DNA of 64,000 bases from Podarcis erhardii. Lineage: Eukaryota. The notes beneath the pieces were generated by a model. The model saw nothing but the letters and a program-made list of their open reading frames with translations, was not told where the DNA came from and did not search any database. This document shows, in pieces, positions 52,479-64,000 of the stretch. Position numbers and translations under genes: made by a program. The stretch lies in assembly GCA_964252035.1 (NCBI GenBank), contig OZ176217.1; one strand, given 5' to 3'. Position 1 is the stretch's first letter; each line of letters starts with the position of its first letter.

Positions 52479-52485
52479 CCTGTGA

Positions 52486-52610
52486 CAAGGGTAGCTAACA
52501 TGGTGACCACCAGATGTCTTGGACTACAACTCCCATCATGGCAAATGGTTGAGAATGATGGGAGCTGTAGTTCAAGACATCTGGAGGGGGCACCACACTG
52601 GTTAACCCTG
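52486..52610. mobile_element. Palindromic hAT-like MITE
   Basis: CCAGATGTCTTGGACTACAACTCCCATCA / TGATGGGAGCTGTAGTTCAAGACATCTGG long inverted arms. Confidence 0.8.
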
Positions 52611-53218
52611 TGGTATGGGTTAGTAAATGGCACAGATCTCTACCACTGTTCTCATGGTATACACAGCTGACTCTCAACTTAGGCAGGGGTTATGTTGCAG
52701 GGATAGTGCATAAAGTCAAAATCGCTTATAGTCAAAATATATTGGGTGGAATGGTGGGTGGAATTGCCACTCTTCCCCCCAAGAGGTCCACCCCTCCCGC
52801 CTTTTATTTTTATTTTTAAAAATCATTTGCCAAGCCCTTGAAGCTGAATGCGCACAAGTTAAATGCACATATGTTGTGGGTCTACTGTGTGTATATATGA
52901 AAATAGACAGGGCAGAATATTTTTGCAATGCTTGATAGGTACCTGATGCTAATTTAGCTTGCTGCTGTATAAAGCAGGTCTTTCTGTCAGCAACAAAAGC
53001 TAATAAGATAGGGCTGGGCTGTAAGACATGGCAGAAAATGAAATTTAAATGTTCCAGAAAGGTATCCAGGCTGCAAATTTGCCTGTTCCCCCTCTCCCAG
53101 CCTCCTGGTTGTAGGTAGTGGTATTGAAACACAACTATCAAAGATGGCAGTCATGGAAAAGTTGTTTGCATGGCTTCTTCTCTTGTGTGGATATGTGTAC
53201 TGACTGGTTTGTTTCTAA

Positions 53219-53509
<291 letters not shown>

Positions 53510-55933
53510 TGAATTAACACACACACACACACAGATAGGAGCTAATAAATTTTTATATCAGTAAAAATTATAATTTAAAAATAACCCATTTGGAAATTAG
53601 GAGCCAAACTATCAACAAAACAGAGAGATTTGAAAAGGCTTGGAATTTGCCTCCTTTGCTGTACCATTTTGGAGGACACCGTTGCGAACTTTTTGTCTAG
53701 TGATGTGACTATTTTAATTTTACTTAAGAACTGGGTGGGAGGAAAAAGCATGAGATTCTGACATATTTCCTCTTGACTAAAATGATAGGGGCTTGCGCCT
53801 TTCCAACACCAATTACTGTATGAATTGACAACATGGTAAAACACCTTCTGTTGCATAATCATTTTAATATGAGAACTGGGCAATGCCTCTGACTCTTCTT
53901 GCATGATCAGTTTGACTGAGGGTAGATTCACATTATGGTTTTTAATGCTGACTTTTTTATTTTGTAGATTTCTGAATAATTTAAAACTGTCTGGGTACAG
54001 AAAGCATTGTGGCAAATAGTGGTGGCACAAGATAAACCTTTTGTTTAAATAGACTTGCTTTTGTTGAATGAGGCTTTTGAATGGTTCAGCACAAGTTCAT
54101 GAGCATCAACTTCATTCAGCATTTCCTGGTTCAAGTCACTTTCTAAAGACTTTTCAGAATGTGCCCCGTTGCATTTTGAATTAAAATCATTTACTAGGCT
54201 GGATCTGTCTGTGCTATGACTGAAATCTGTAATTGGTTTGATTTGTAGATTAATCAACTGAAGTTTGGTTGATTAATTTGTATGACTAATTTTTAACAAT
54301 AGAGGTATGAATTAAAAACACATTTTAGTTTATTATTTTCTTACATTTTCATAGCTTACCCATAACAAAAATTCTTAGCCGCTCATGAAGTAATATGTTT
54401 TGGTTGGTATGCTAATAAAACTGGGATTTTTTTAAAAAAAGAAGGGAAAATATTAAAGATTATATTCTGTTCAAAAAAGAGTGGAAGTTATGTCTATTTA
54501 AGTTATGTTACATCCTTAAATATCTCAAAAAAAGCACCTGTGGTGAGGTTCTGATAATGTGCAGTGTTATTCAAATTAAACTGATCAGTTACCAATCAAC
54601 AGGCAGTTAGTACTATAATCAGGTAGTTTTTAAAATTCTAGTGTGCACTTAGTGTACACAAATCTGATGAAAAGTCAACTCATGTTGGCTTTGGAGCACA
54701 ACCCCCCCCCCATCTGAACAGACAGTGCTGCCTCCAGTTTTGGAGGGCTTTTATGTAAAGTGCACTCATTGGGCCCCCTTCCTAAAAGGGCCCACCTGCT
54801 GTCATTGCAATTATTGGTAATTCCCTTGCCCAATCTGTATAAGCACCCATCCTATGGTGTGATCTTTGAGGATGCCCAGAGATGTCTGCCCCTGATGCCA
54901 GTGAACTGAATTCTATGATTATAATAATACAAGTAAAACGAGGGTTTGGAAACAAGCTTTTCAGCTGCCAGAAATAGTCACTTTGATGATCCAGTAATTC
55001 TCAATAAACGTGAAAGCACTGATGCATGTAAATGAAACTTGGCCCTTCCACTGAAAGGTGTGGGGAGCCTGCTTGCAATGTGAACAGGGTGCACCCAATG
55101 TTGTTCTAGTGCAGTTCTGCTTTCTGCAGAGGAAGTGATTTAGGTTTAGGGTTGTTTACAACTGTATGCTCATCAGGAGTTCATGAATGTATAAAGCGGT
55201 TTGCTTAAATGTGTGCAATGAATCACCAGAGAACTAACATGTTCATAGCACTGCTCCCCAAAGGGTTTTCAATTGAAGTAAGTCACAAATTCAGCTGTGA
55301 GTCACCAGTCACTGAGCAGTCCAGTTATGGCTGTGCATGTGTGAACTAGTATTGAGTGCAAAACTTCTGAGTTGGAAATCATTTTAATTATAATCTGTTC
55401 TCACCATCTGTTGTGATGGAACTTGGCCTAATCTAACAGTTCCACAGATATAAAACTAATGCTTAGCAAGCATTTGCTGCTCATTGAAGGTTCAAAGCAC
55501 TTTACACACATCATGACAGCAATTATTGCAATCATCCAATAAGTTAGGTCAGTATTACCTTGCAGGCAAGAATAGAGGAGATATTAAAGGTCTACATAAA
55601 TATATTTAGTGAATTTACACCTGAGGTGAGAATTGAACCAGGTTTTCCTTGGCCACAGCAGTGCTCTCCACCACAACACAACAATTCTCAACAGCACATA
55701 ATAATATATAATTCATAAGGAAAAAATGATGCTTTATTGAAATCATATAGCCTCATTAACTGTTCAGTTTGTTTCACCCATAACAAATAAGTTATAGACA
55801 AAACAGGCAGCATAGCTGATAAACAGATAATAGATAAAACCACTTAATCAATGTACATTTATTATAACATCTACAAACATAACAATCTGCATTAACTGTG
55901 ACCAAATGTAGGGGGGAAGTCCTCCAGATATAC

Positions 55934-56529
55934 CAGGGGTCAGTAAACCTTTTCAGCAAACCCTCAGACCTTGGGGGCCAGGACTAAATTTTGAAAAATA
56001 ATAATGAACAAATTCCTAGGCCCCACAAATAACCCAGAGATGCATTTTAAATAAAAGGACACATTCTACTCATGTAAAAACACGCTAATTCCCAGACCAT
56101 CCGTGGGCTAGATTTAGAAGGAGATTGGGCCAGATCTGGCCCCCAGGCCTTAATCTGCCCACCCATAAAGGTAAAGGTAAAGGGACCCCTGACCACTAGG
56201 TCCAGTCACAGACAACTCTGGGGTTGCGGTGCTCACCTCACTTTATTGACCGAGGGAGCTGGCATACAGCTTCCGGGTCATGTGGCCAGCATGACTAAGC
56301 CGCTTCTGGTGAACCAGAGCAGCGTACGGAAACGCCGTTTACCTTCCCGCTGGAGCAGTACCTATTTATCTACTTGCACTTTAACGAGCTTTCAAACTGC
56401 TAGGTTGGCAGGAGCAGGGACCGAGCAACAGGAGCTCACCCCGTCATGGGGATTCGAACCACTGACCTTCTGATTGGCAAGTCCTAGGCTCTGTGGTTCA
56501 GACCACAGCGCCACCCGTGCCTACCCATG
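55934..56529. mobile_element. hAT (Charlie-like) MITE interrupted at its right TIR by a Sauria SINE
   Basis: Starts CAGGGGTCAGTAAAC and ends GCCTACCCATG; perfect 8-bp TSD AGATATAC at 55926-55933 and 56530-56537. Confidence 0.9.
56167..56518 (-). mobile_element. Full-length Sauria SINE
   Basis: tRNA-derived head on the minus strand (GGTGGCGCTGTGG A box, GGTTCGAATCCCC B box), (ACCTTT)n tail at 56167-56182, and TSD GCCCACCCAT / GCCTACCCAT. Confidence 0.96.
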
Positions 56530-58354
56530 AGATATACTAATCCACTGATGTTTAATATTTCCTTTGTATTGTGGGTTAGGGTACATGTGCATACCTGCTA
56601 CATCTACTACAAAGCAGTATTTTACTCATTTATTTTTGAGGATCAGTTTTTGGCCAGTGTGCTTATGTTTTGTAGGGACAGAGCTGTTTAGGTATTGATG
56701 AGTACAGGTGTGGGTCTTACTTTATAAAACTGCTTACGATGCACTGGGTTGTATCCAGTTGGTTTCCTTTTCCTGAGAAGTGGCTCTTTCATCCAGCACA
56801 GCCTTCTGGTAGTGGGAGAAGGAAACCTCAAATCTGCTACAGAAGGTTGGGAAGCCATTTGCTTGGGAAGTGGCACAGGGGGGTGCAGGGGGAAGGGAGA
56901 ATCTCTGAAGATTGCCAGATCCCTATTCAGCTGATAGAGGGCTTAGCAGGATCCCTTAGCCTTACATTAGTGGAGGGGAACCAACTGGTTAAAGAAAGAT
57001 AAACAAATTGACCCCAGCAATCTCTTTCTTGTGTGTGGAATCCTAAAACAACAAAACATTTTCCTTCTGTTAAGTTCCTCTAACAAATTAAAAAAAGAGA
57101 AACTTGGAAATGCATTCCTATTAATACATTTGGGAGTAAGCCCTATTGAACTCAGGACATGTGCTGCAAAATGCCCACACTGAAAAATGGCTATAGATTC
57201 GGACCAAAGAGTTGCCCCAAAATGAATTTCCCAGTTTGAATGCTATCATAATTTTGGTGGAAAAAAGCAGGAGGATTTGGTTATTTAATTATAGGAAGCA
57301 GTATAATGCGTAATATACAGAAGGGGGCCAAGTTAACATTTTTTTTTACTTTTCCAAAGTGCAGCTTTCAGCCTTAAATATCATTTTTGCATAGCTGATA
57401 TATTCACAGCTCTTCTCAAATATGGTGGGAAATACCAGGCAGTAATTATGTTCCGCTTGCAGGTGCTGTGTGAGCAGGGCTAGCTAGTGGTATAGAACAG
57501 GCTCTTTCCTTAGAACTCAAACTGTATCCATGACACACTATGATTCATTACCTTTTTCTGTTCACCTCACCATTGACATTCTTTAGCAGATGTCACCAGT
57601 CTTTAACTCAGTGGGTTGCATGCCTGGTAGCAACAGGGGCAAACTATATCAGACAATCTTTATTGGTTTATGTAGCTGAAGGTGTCATTTCCCCCTCCTG
57701 TTGTAATATGAATTCAGAGCAGATGTGTCTTAGTGGGGGATCGGTTGTTTTCACTTATAACTAAAGGACACACTACTGGAGACTGACAAAAGAAGCAGAA
57801 CATGGACAGCAACTAGACAGTAGATGGTTGCTAAATAGAGATGAATTCTTCACCTCCCCCCTTCTTAAAAGGCAGATACTTTTAGCCACAGTGGTGTTCT
57901 TGAACATGTTAACTCGCTTAAACTTTGCTAATTTTCCACTGCAAACCCCCCCCCCCCCCCGAGTTAAGAATGGATATTGGGAAAGAAAAGCTACAGAAGA
58001 AAATGTAGTCATTTTATTTGATAGTTTCAAAGTTGCAGGGGAAGTCATATGGTATAACAACTGGCCATGTGAAAAGGAATTGTGGTTTATTATATGCTAT
58101 AAATTAGTAGAGAAATAAATGCTTTTTAAATGTTACAAATGGCTATGTTTTCAAGGTATTCAGAGTGGGAACAATGGAAATGAGTCTAATTTTAAGAGGA
58201 TACCAGGTGAATACCTTCTGTGATTATTATTTCTGCTGTATAATGCTATTTTTCTGTTCTTGTTTTAGAGTTAGTTTATAACTGATGTTTTAAAATTTTT
58301 GTTAATGGGTTTTACCGTGAGCTCTTCTGAGGAAAGATAGTATATAGATATTTT

Positions 58355-58402
58355 AAACAAACAAACAAACAAACAAACAAACAAACAAACAAACAAACAA
58401 AC
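58355..58402. repeat. (AAAC)12 microsatellite
   Basis: Direct reading. Confidence 0.98.
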
Positions 58403-58694
58403 AGAACTCTTAAAGTACTGTTCCTATTAACATGACTAGAAGATACCTTGACTAGTTAATTCATGTCACCACCTGCCCACATAGAAGTTGCTAGATTAAT
58501 ACATGTTTCCTATAAATACCTACTGTAGGGAATAGGTCCCATGGCATCTCAATATTAAATGCAGATTTTGATCATGTGAAAAAAACACTCAACAGTACTG
58601 TGTCAAACATTGCAAGCAAGTTTTTAGTGTGGAGAAGATATTTTGTTAACATTTCAGTACTTCCCAGAAATAGATAGATGATAGATCCACTAAT

Positions 58695-58748
58695 ATACAA
58701 ACATTTTCCTGAGATACATGAATACAAACATTTTCCTGAGATACATGA
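58695..58748. repeat. Perfect 27-bp tandem duplication
   Basis: ATACAAACATTTTCCTGAGATACATGA x2. Confidence 0.95.
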
Positions 58749-59052
58749 ATCCAGTTACAGTATAAGGAGTACACCAGTCTTAGTTGTACTAATACTGACA
58801 ATATGATGTAAAAGCATTTGGCCTTGATGGACCAAATTTTATCTTGGCAATTGTTCTTTTTGCATCAGCAGACCTGCAAAAGGCCTCAGAGAAGCTCACG
58901 AGCAAGGCATGATAGTTATAGCCATCTCCTGTTTGTCCTCCACATCTCATATTCAGCCTTAGTCCTGTGTTATATAGTTGATTAAGGCTGTGTACACACT
59001 GCTATTTACTCTGGGTATGTTGTACTCTCATGTAACAAAACAAAACAAAACA

Positions 59053-59355
59053 AAAGGTAAAGGACCCCTGGACGGTTAAGTCCAGTCAAAGGCCACTATG
59101 GGGTTGCGGCGCTCATCTTGCTTTCAGGCCAAGGGAGCTGATGTTTGTCCACAGACAGCTTTCCGGGTCATGTGGCCAGCATGACTAAACCAGAGTGACG
59201 GAAACGCTCACTGGCATGCTTTCAAACTGCTAGGTTGGCAGGAGCTGGGACAGAGCAACAGGAGCTCACCCCATCATGGGGATTCAAACCGCCGACCTTC
59301 TGATTGGCAAGCCCAAGAGGCTCAGTGGTTTAGACCACAGTGCCACCCGCAGCCC
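59053..59355 (-). mobile_element. Sauria SINE, different subfamily, internally deleted
   Basis: Same head and core as 56167 with a divergent tail-proximal part; TSD TCTCATGTA at 59026-59034 and 59361-59369, with an (AAAAC)n extension next to the tail. Confidence 0.92.
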
Positions 59356-60262
59356 TTATATCTCATGTACACATGACGCTACCCATGATGTAGTGCTCTC
59401 CTGTATTTCCACGAGAAAAACTGCTGTTTAATGTGTTTCCCTTCAAGTTAGCTTCAGACTGAAAGCACAAGTGACAGTTTCATATATAGGTGTTCCAGGG
59501 GGTGGTGGTGGTGGTCTGCAGGGGCAGGGAAACAAAAAACGGCAATGTGCATCAGCTAAAGACATGCTGGCTCCCTCTCTGGTGTGTACAGCAATGTGGA
59601 GATATGACTTGTAATGCAATGGCGGGAAACAACCTTGTTGCATTATAAGCTGCTAATGTGTACCTAACCCGAGAGGAATAAAGAGGACATGGGAGCAGAT
59701 ATGGATCAGAAGGGATTTATGCATCCAAGAAAACTAGAGCCAATAATCAAGCAAAACATTCTGCACAGTGTTTGAGTGTGTAGACATTCAGTCTGAGTTG
59801 GAATTAAATGCATGTGTCTAAGGCTGTATTTTTGTGCAATGCATTACATACATATATTTTCTGTTTCATTGTGGCCCAGTCAATGAAGCTGCAGAGAAGG
59901 CTGCCTGTAGGCAGCAGGGAAGGAAATACTTTCAGTCCCCAAAGAACATGCCGTCCCATAGATTATCCGGTTTATCTGTTTATCTTGTCTGCTTGAGCAG
60001 AGTATGCAGGGCATTCTGTGCTTCGAAGGTGTTGGCAAAGCCACCCAACTGGTCACATCCATTTTAATTTTGACTTATTTTGTTTTGCAAAAGGTCCAAA
60101 AGGCAGAGAAGGAGGGGTTTTTCTTTTTTTCCTTTTTTTCCTTTTACGTTCATAATGTAATCTGTTCAAGATAAGGCGGATCCTATGCCACACCTATTGG
60201 AAAACGAGGACAAGAGAATTCTTAAATGAAAAGTTTTTCATTTGCATTCAAGTGCTGCCGTT

Positions 60263-60276
60263 GCTCCCTCTGCTGG
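60263..60276 (-). promoter_or_regulatory. CTCF-like motif
   Basis: Reverse complement CCAGCAGAGGGAGC, one mismatch to the core consensus CCASYAGRKGGCRS. Motif match only. Confidence 0.45.
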
Positions 60277-60345
60277 CAGGAATGTTGGTAGCTCTGGAAA
60301 TCCATCAGCATGGCTGAACTTTCCTCTTCTTTAGGGACTTTAGGT

Positions 60346-60467
60346 CAGGGTTGGGAACCTGCAGGACCTCCATATCATTGGACTGCAACTTTCATCAGTC
60401 CCAACAACCATGACTAATAGCCAGGGATAAGGGGAGTTGCAATCCCAATATTGGTTTCTCATCCCTG
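60346..60467. mobile_element. Palindromic hAT-like MITE, degraded
   Basis: CAGGGTTGGGAACC...TTCTCATCCCTG ends with GGACTGCAAC / GTTGCAATCC inner arms. Confidence 0.65.
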
Positions 60468-61244
60468 TTTTAGCAGTTGCCCCTTCTTTATGGAATGAAT
60501 ATCCTGATTTATTTATTTTTTTTAAAAAATGTATATGATGAGGTGGACATAAAAGCTTATTCCAAGATAAAATTAGATCGACTTCTGCAAGACTTTTTAG
60601 TTAGTGCTTTAAGGCTCTTTTTTTTTTTTTAATGCAAAAGACCAACACTGCCACCCATCTGAAATTTTGTTTTTAAAATGTTCACATTTTAAGCTCTCTG
60701 GAAAGTAAATTATATATATTTTTCCAAATATATAATCTTCTTTCCAAATAGTTTCAAATGTGAACATCTAAAAAACAAAATTTCAGATGGGTGGCTGTGT
60801 TAGTCTGTTGAGATTTGTACAAGACAAGTTATATAATTAATCTCTATTCTTACTTGGTTTTGTGAATGTTTCTTCTGTTCGGCAAGGTCCTAGTATGAGA
60901 GAGAAATGAGTGTAAGCTATTACACTATACACAAACAGATACTTATTTAAACAAAAAGGTGTGCCCCATGACTTTTGGATTTGAGAAACAAATCTGGATG
61001 TAACATTTACACGTGTTACAAAAAGTAATTTTTCAGAGACTGCAATGCAGAGGTGCCACAGAATTACTTTCCCCCCATAGAGGATGACTGGAAAAGTCAC
61101 AGCATACAGAGAAACCAGGGGGATGAGTGGGGCTCTTCTTTGACTCTTTTAAGGAAATGCTATTGAATGTTGTTGTATTATTATTGTTTATATAAATGGC
61201 TTAGAGATTTTAATTACACTAAGTGGTATAATTATAAATAATTG

Positions 61245-61496
61245 TAGGGTTGCCATATGTCCGGAATTTCCTAGACCTATAAGGAATAATGCAGTCTGCA
61301 ATCGTGACTGGACAGAAATCAGTAAAAATGTCCGGGAAAATCCGGATGTATGGCGGCCCATGGCAGCAGTGCTGTTTTTGCCAATTTCCCATAAAAATAG
61401 TTCAAAACCGGCATTTCCCCCCCCCCCCGCCGATTTTGCCAAAAAAAGCCCAGCTTTTCTGTCCAGATTTTCACTGTTTGATATATGGCAGCCCTA
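61245..61496. mobile_element. hAT (Blackjack-like) MITE
   Basis: TIRs TAGGGTTGCCATA / TATGGCAGCCCTA; TSD AATAATTG / AATAAATG (7/8); same internal layout as 45675. Confidence 0.9.
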
Positions 61497-61569
61497 AATA
61501 AATGTGACTTATCTGTTTACTACACTGAAATTGCATAGATTTAGAGAGGTGGTATGCAGCAAAAATATA

Positions 61570-61811
61570 CAGTGGCACCTCTGGTTACAAACACTTTTGT
61601 TTACGAATGCTTCAGGTTAGAAAGTCTGCTAACCGGGAAGTAGCTGCTCCTGGTTGTGAACTTTGCCCCAGGATCCAAATGGAAATCGTGCACCAGAGGC
61701 ATGTGCACAGCGGGAGGCCCCATTAGCGAAAGCGTGCCTCAGGCTAAGAACGGTTTCAGCTTCAGAATGGACCTCTGGAATGAATTAAGTTCATAACCAG
61801 AGGTACCACTG
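61570..61811. mobile_element. Tc1/mariner (Tigger-like) MITE, more diverged copy
   Basis: CAGTGGCACCTCTGGTTA / TAACCAGAGGTACCACTG, TA flanks. Confidence 0.9.
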
Positions 61812-62025
61812 TAGTAGTATTGATAGTGCATTATTGATAGTGCGTAAATAGGCAGTATTTTGCACATATTATTAGCCAAAGAATAGCCAAATAATGCCAG
61901 TTAACAATCTAATATATGCAAGTTGTGTCTGCATATATAAAATTTAGAGGCACAACAAGTGACTAATTATACTTACAAACTGATCTTTGCAAATATTTCT
62001 CCTAGTTCCTGTGACTCCCCCTCCC

Positions 62026-62038
62026 CGCCCCCTGCTGG
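62026..62038 (-). promoter_or_regulatory. CTCF consensus motif
   Basis: Reverse complement CCAGCAGGGGGCG matches the core consensus; the CpG is retained in a CpG-poor region. Motif match only. Confidence 0.55.
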
Positions 62039-63313
62039 TATACACTATTAAAAGAAGGGCAATAAAGCTTAACACACTGTGTTATAAATGTGCAAGATGC
62101 ATGCATTTGCTAAACACCTACCACTCCATTACCTAAGAAGAAATCGAAACTGGATTGAAATACCCACCCCTTTTCCAAACCAATGAACGCTGCTTAGGTG
62201 ATAGTTCTAATTTGCTAGTATAAAGAATATTTGTAGTGTTGAGAAGGGTATGGGAGTTTCTTTATTATAGTTCATGCAATTATATATTTTACATTTTGTT
62301 TATGCGTTCATGGTATGTTAAATATATCACTAGAAATTTGTTTAATAACTTCTTTATAGAGAGAGATGCTGGGGACAAAGTATGGGCTTCTTTGTAATTT
62401 TTCTTTGTTTATTATTTGCCTTCTGATTCTTTTTTTGCAGGGCAGTTTTTGCTGTGTGTGCATATGCATATACGGATATGTGCTCTTGGGTGTTTATATT
62501 TCGCGTTGCCAAGAATTCCATGTGTACACTGGAATTCCATGTATATATTGGAATGTGTATATTGTTGAGCTTTGCCTGCAGTGCTATCTGGGTTTTGAGT
62601 TGGACTGTACACGGTCTTTTGTGATTGTTTCACAACCTCTTCCTAGGATGAGGGTGATTTTCTTATTGGATAAACAGCCTATGTCTCTTTTCAAAGAGGC
62701 ACCTGAGCTGCCACCTTGCCATTATCTCAAATTCTTGTTTTGGGTGGCTATAAGAGTATAGCCTCTGTCCCTGTAGAATTTGCTATGGTCTGTGCCTTTC
62801 ACACCAGTGCAGACTTGTAGGGTGCCTCAAGTATCTCACTACTTTTGTGGAACTGATTCAAGCACATACCAGAAATTTACAGTGGATTAAAATATTCTGC
62901 AACAAAACCACTTAGAAATACACACATACTTTTTGCTGTTAGGAAAGTGATGGGGAAATACTCTGAAAAGTTTAGGGTGAACAAATGATTAACAGGAAGA
63001 TGTATGAAAACCCTGGTAAGCAAATCAATATGAATGCTCATTGATTGTTGAATAACTACCTTGCAAACAACTCAGAAGGAATGCTCATTAAAGAGTGGGT
63101 ATAGTCTAACTTTCTGATGTTGTTTGAGCAAATCAGGATGAATGCTAAACAGGTTGTCTGAAGGAGCCCATAAATGGTTGTGTTATTCCAAACATCCTCC
63201 AAGTGTGTCTGGATGTTATATTTGGGGGCTGCCCAGAGAAACAGAGTATAAGATGCAGAATGACAAATATTAAATATCTGGAATATTATAATTTGGAAAG
63301 CCAGGATGACATA

Positions 63314-63661
63314 CAGTGGTGCCCCGCAAGACGAATGCCTCGCAAGACGGAAAACTCGCTAGACGAAAGAGTTTTCCGTTTTGGAGGTGCTTCGCAAAAC
63401 GAATTTCCTATGGGCTTGCTTCGCAAGACTAAAATGTCTTGCGAGTTCCTGCGGGTTTTTTTCCCTTTCCCCCCCTTTTTCTAAGCCGCTAAGCCGCTTA
63501 TCCGCTAAGCCGCTAAAAGCCGCTAAAAGCCGCTAAAAGCCGCTAAACTGCTAATAGCGCTAATCCGCTAAGCCGTCAATGGGCTTGCTTCGCAAGATGA
63601 AAAAACCGCTGGACGAAGAGACTTGCGGAAGGGATTCTTTTCGTCTTGCGAGGCACCACTG
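63314..63661. mobile_element. Tc1/mariner MITE (second family) with internal minisatellite
   Basis: TIRs CAGTGGTGCCCCGCAAGACGAA / TTCGTCTTGCGAGGCACCACTG, TA flanks, CpG-rich. A TAAGCCGC / TAAAAGCCGC array lies at 63481-63575. Confidence 0.92.
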
Positions 63662-63795
63662 TATAGTGGTTAGAATGCAGGACTGGGACCCGGTGGATGA
63701 GTGGGCCTGGGTTCCGGTTCCCAGTTGCCAGGAAACAATCTGGGTGACCTTAGCTTAACCTACCTCACAAAGGTGTTGTGAGATAAAATGAGTAA
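63662..63795 (+). mobile_element. tRNA-derived MIR/Squam3-like SINE, head split by the MITE
   Basis: TAGTGGTTAGA (A box), GGGTTCCGGTTCCC (B-box-like), CTGGGTGACCTT and CCTACCTCACAAAGGTGTTGTGAG. Confidence 0.7.
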
Positions 63796-64000
63796 CTTCC
63801 ACACAATTTAATCTCACCCTTTCTCCAAGGAACTCAGAGGAGTGTTGCTGAGGTTCTTGCTGTCTTATCCTCCATTTTATCCTCATGATCTTCATCTGGA
63901 TTTGAAAAGGAAAAAATAGGAATGGCACCAATATGAGAGGGGAGAGAGAAGGAAAGCTGGCATCCCAAATGTACACAGAAACTCAGCTGAGGACACAGCA

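Noticed and set aside
56246-56473. ORF MTEGAGIQLPGHVASMTKP...
   Set aside because: Lies wholly within a non-coding Sauria SINE.
63481-63575. CRISPR-like or telomere-like array
   Set aside because: Head-to-tail 8-10 bp units without spacers, inside a TIR-bounded MITE; not TTAGGG.

Overview
Vertebrate (squamate reptile) genomic DNA containing the 5' half of PAX5 (BSAP) on the + strand. Sauria SINEs place it in lepidosaurs; the MITE complement suggests a lacertid lizard (inference). Both alternative first coding exons are present: 1A (9502-9547, MELEKNYTTPRTGRS-G) and 1B (29570-29612, MEIHCKHDPFAAMH-R). They are followed by exons 2-5 (37399-37564, 42926-43123, 50247-50311, 53226-53354), which encode the paired domain, the octapeptide YSISGILG and the KRKR basic motif. 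All introns are GT-AG and the phases join into one open frame. Exon 6 onward was not found, so the window ends inside intron 5. The rest is non-coding: two CpG-retaining domains around the promoters, SINEs, a CR1 fragment, Tc1/mariner and hAT MITEs (two nested insertions), a dispersed short palindromic repeat, microsatellites and one 302-N gap. I see no evidence of a novel multi-gene system. The best leads are regulatory or splicing hypotheses: a frame-preserving 51-nt candidate cassette exon in intron 5, B-cell-type motif clusters in intron 5, a paired-domain consensus site in intron 3, and an internal record of germline methylation in MITE copies. Comparisons to human or mouse are from memory and need alignment.
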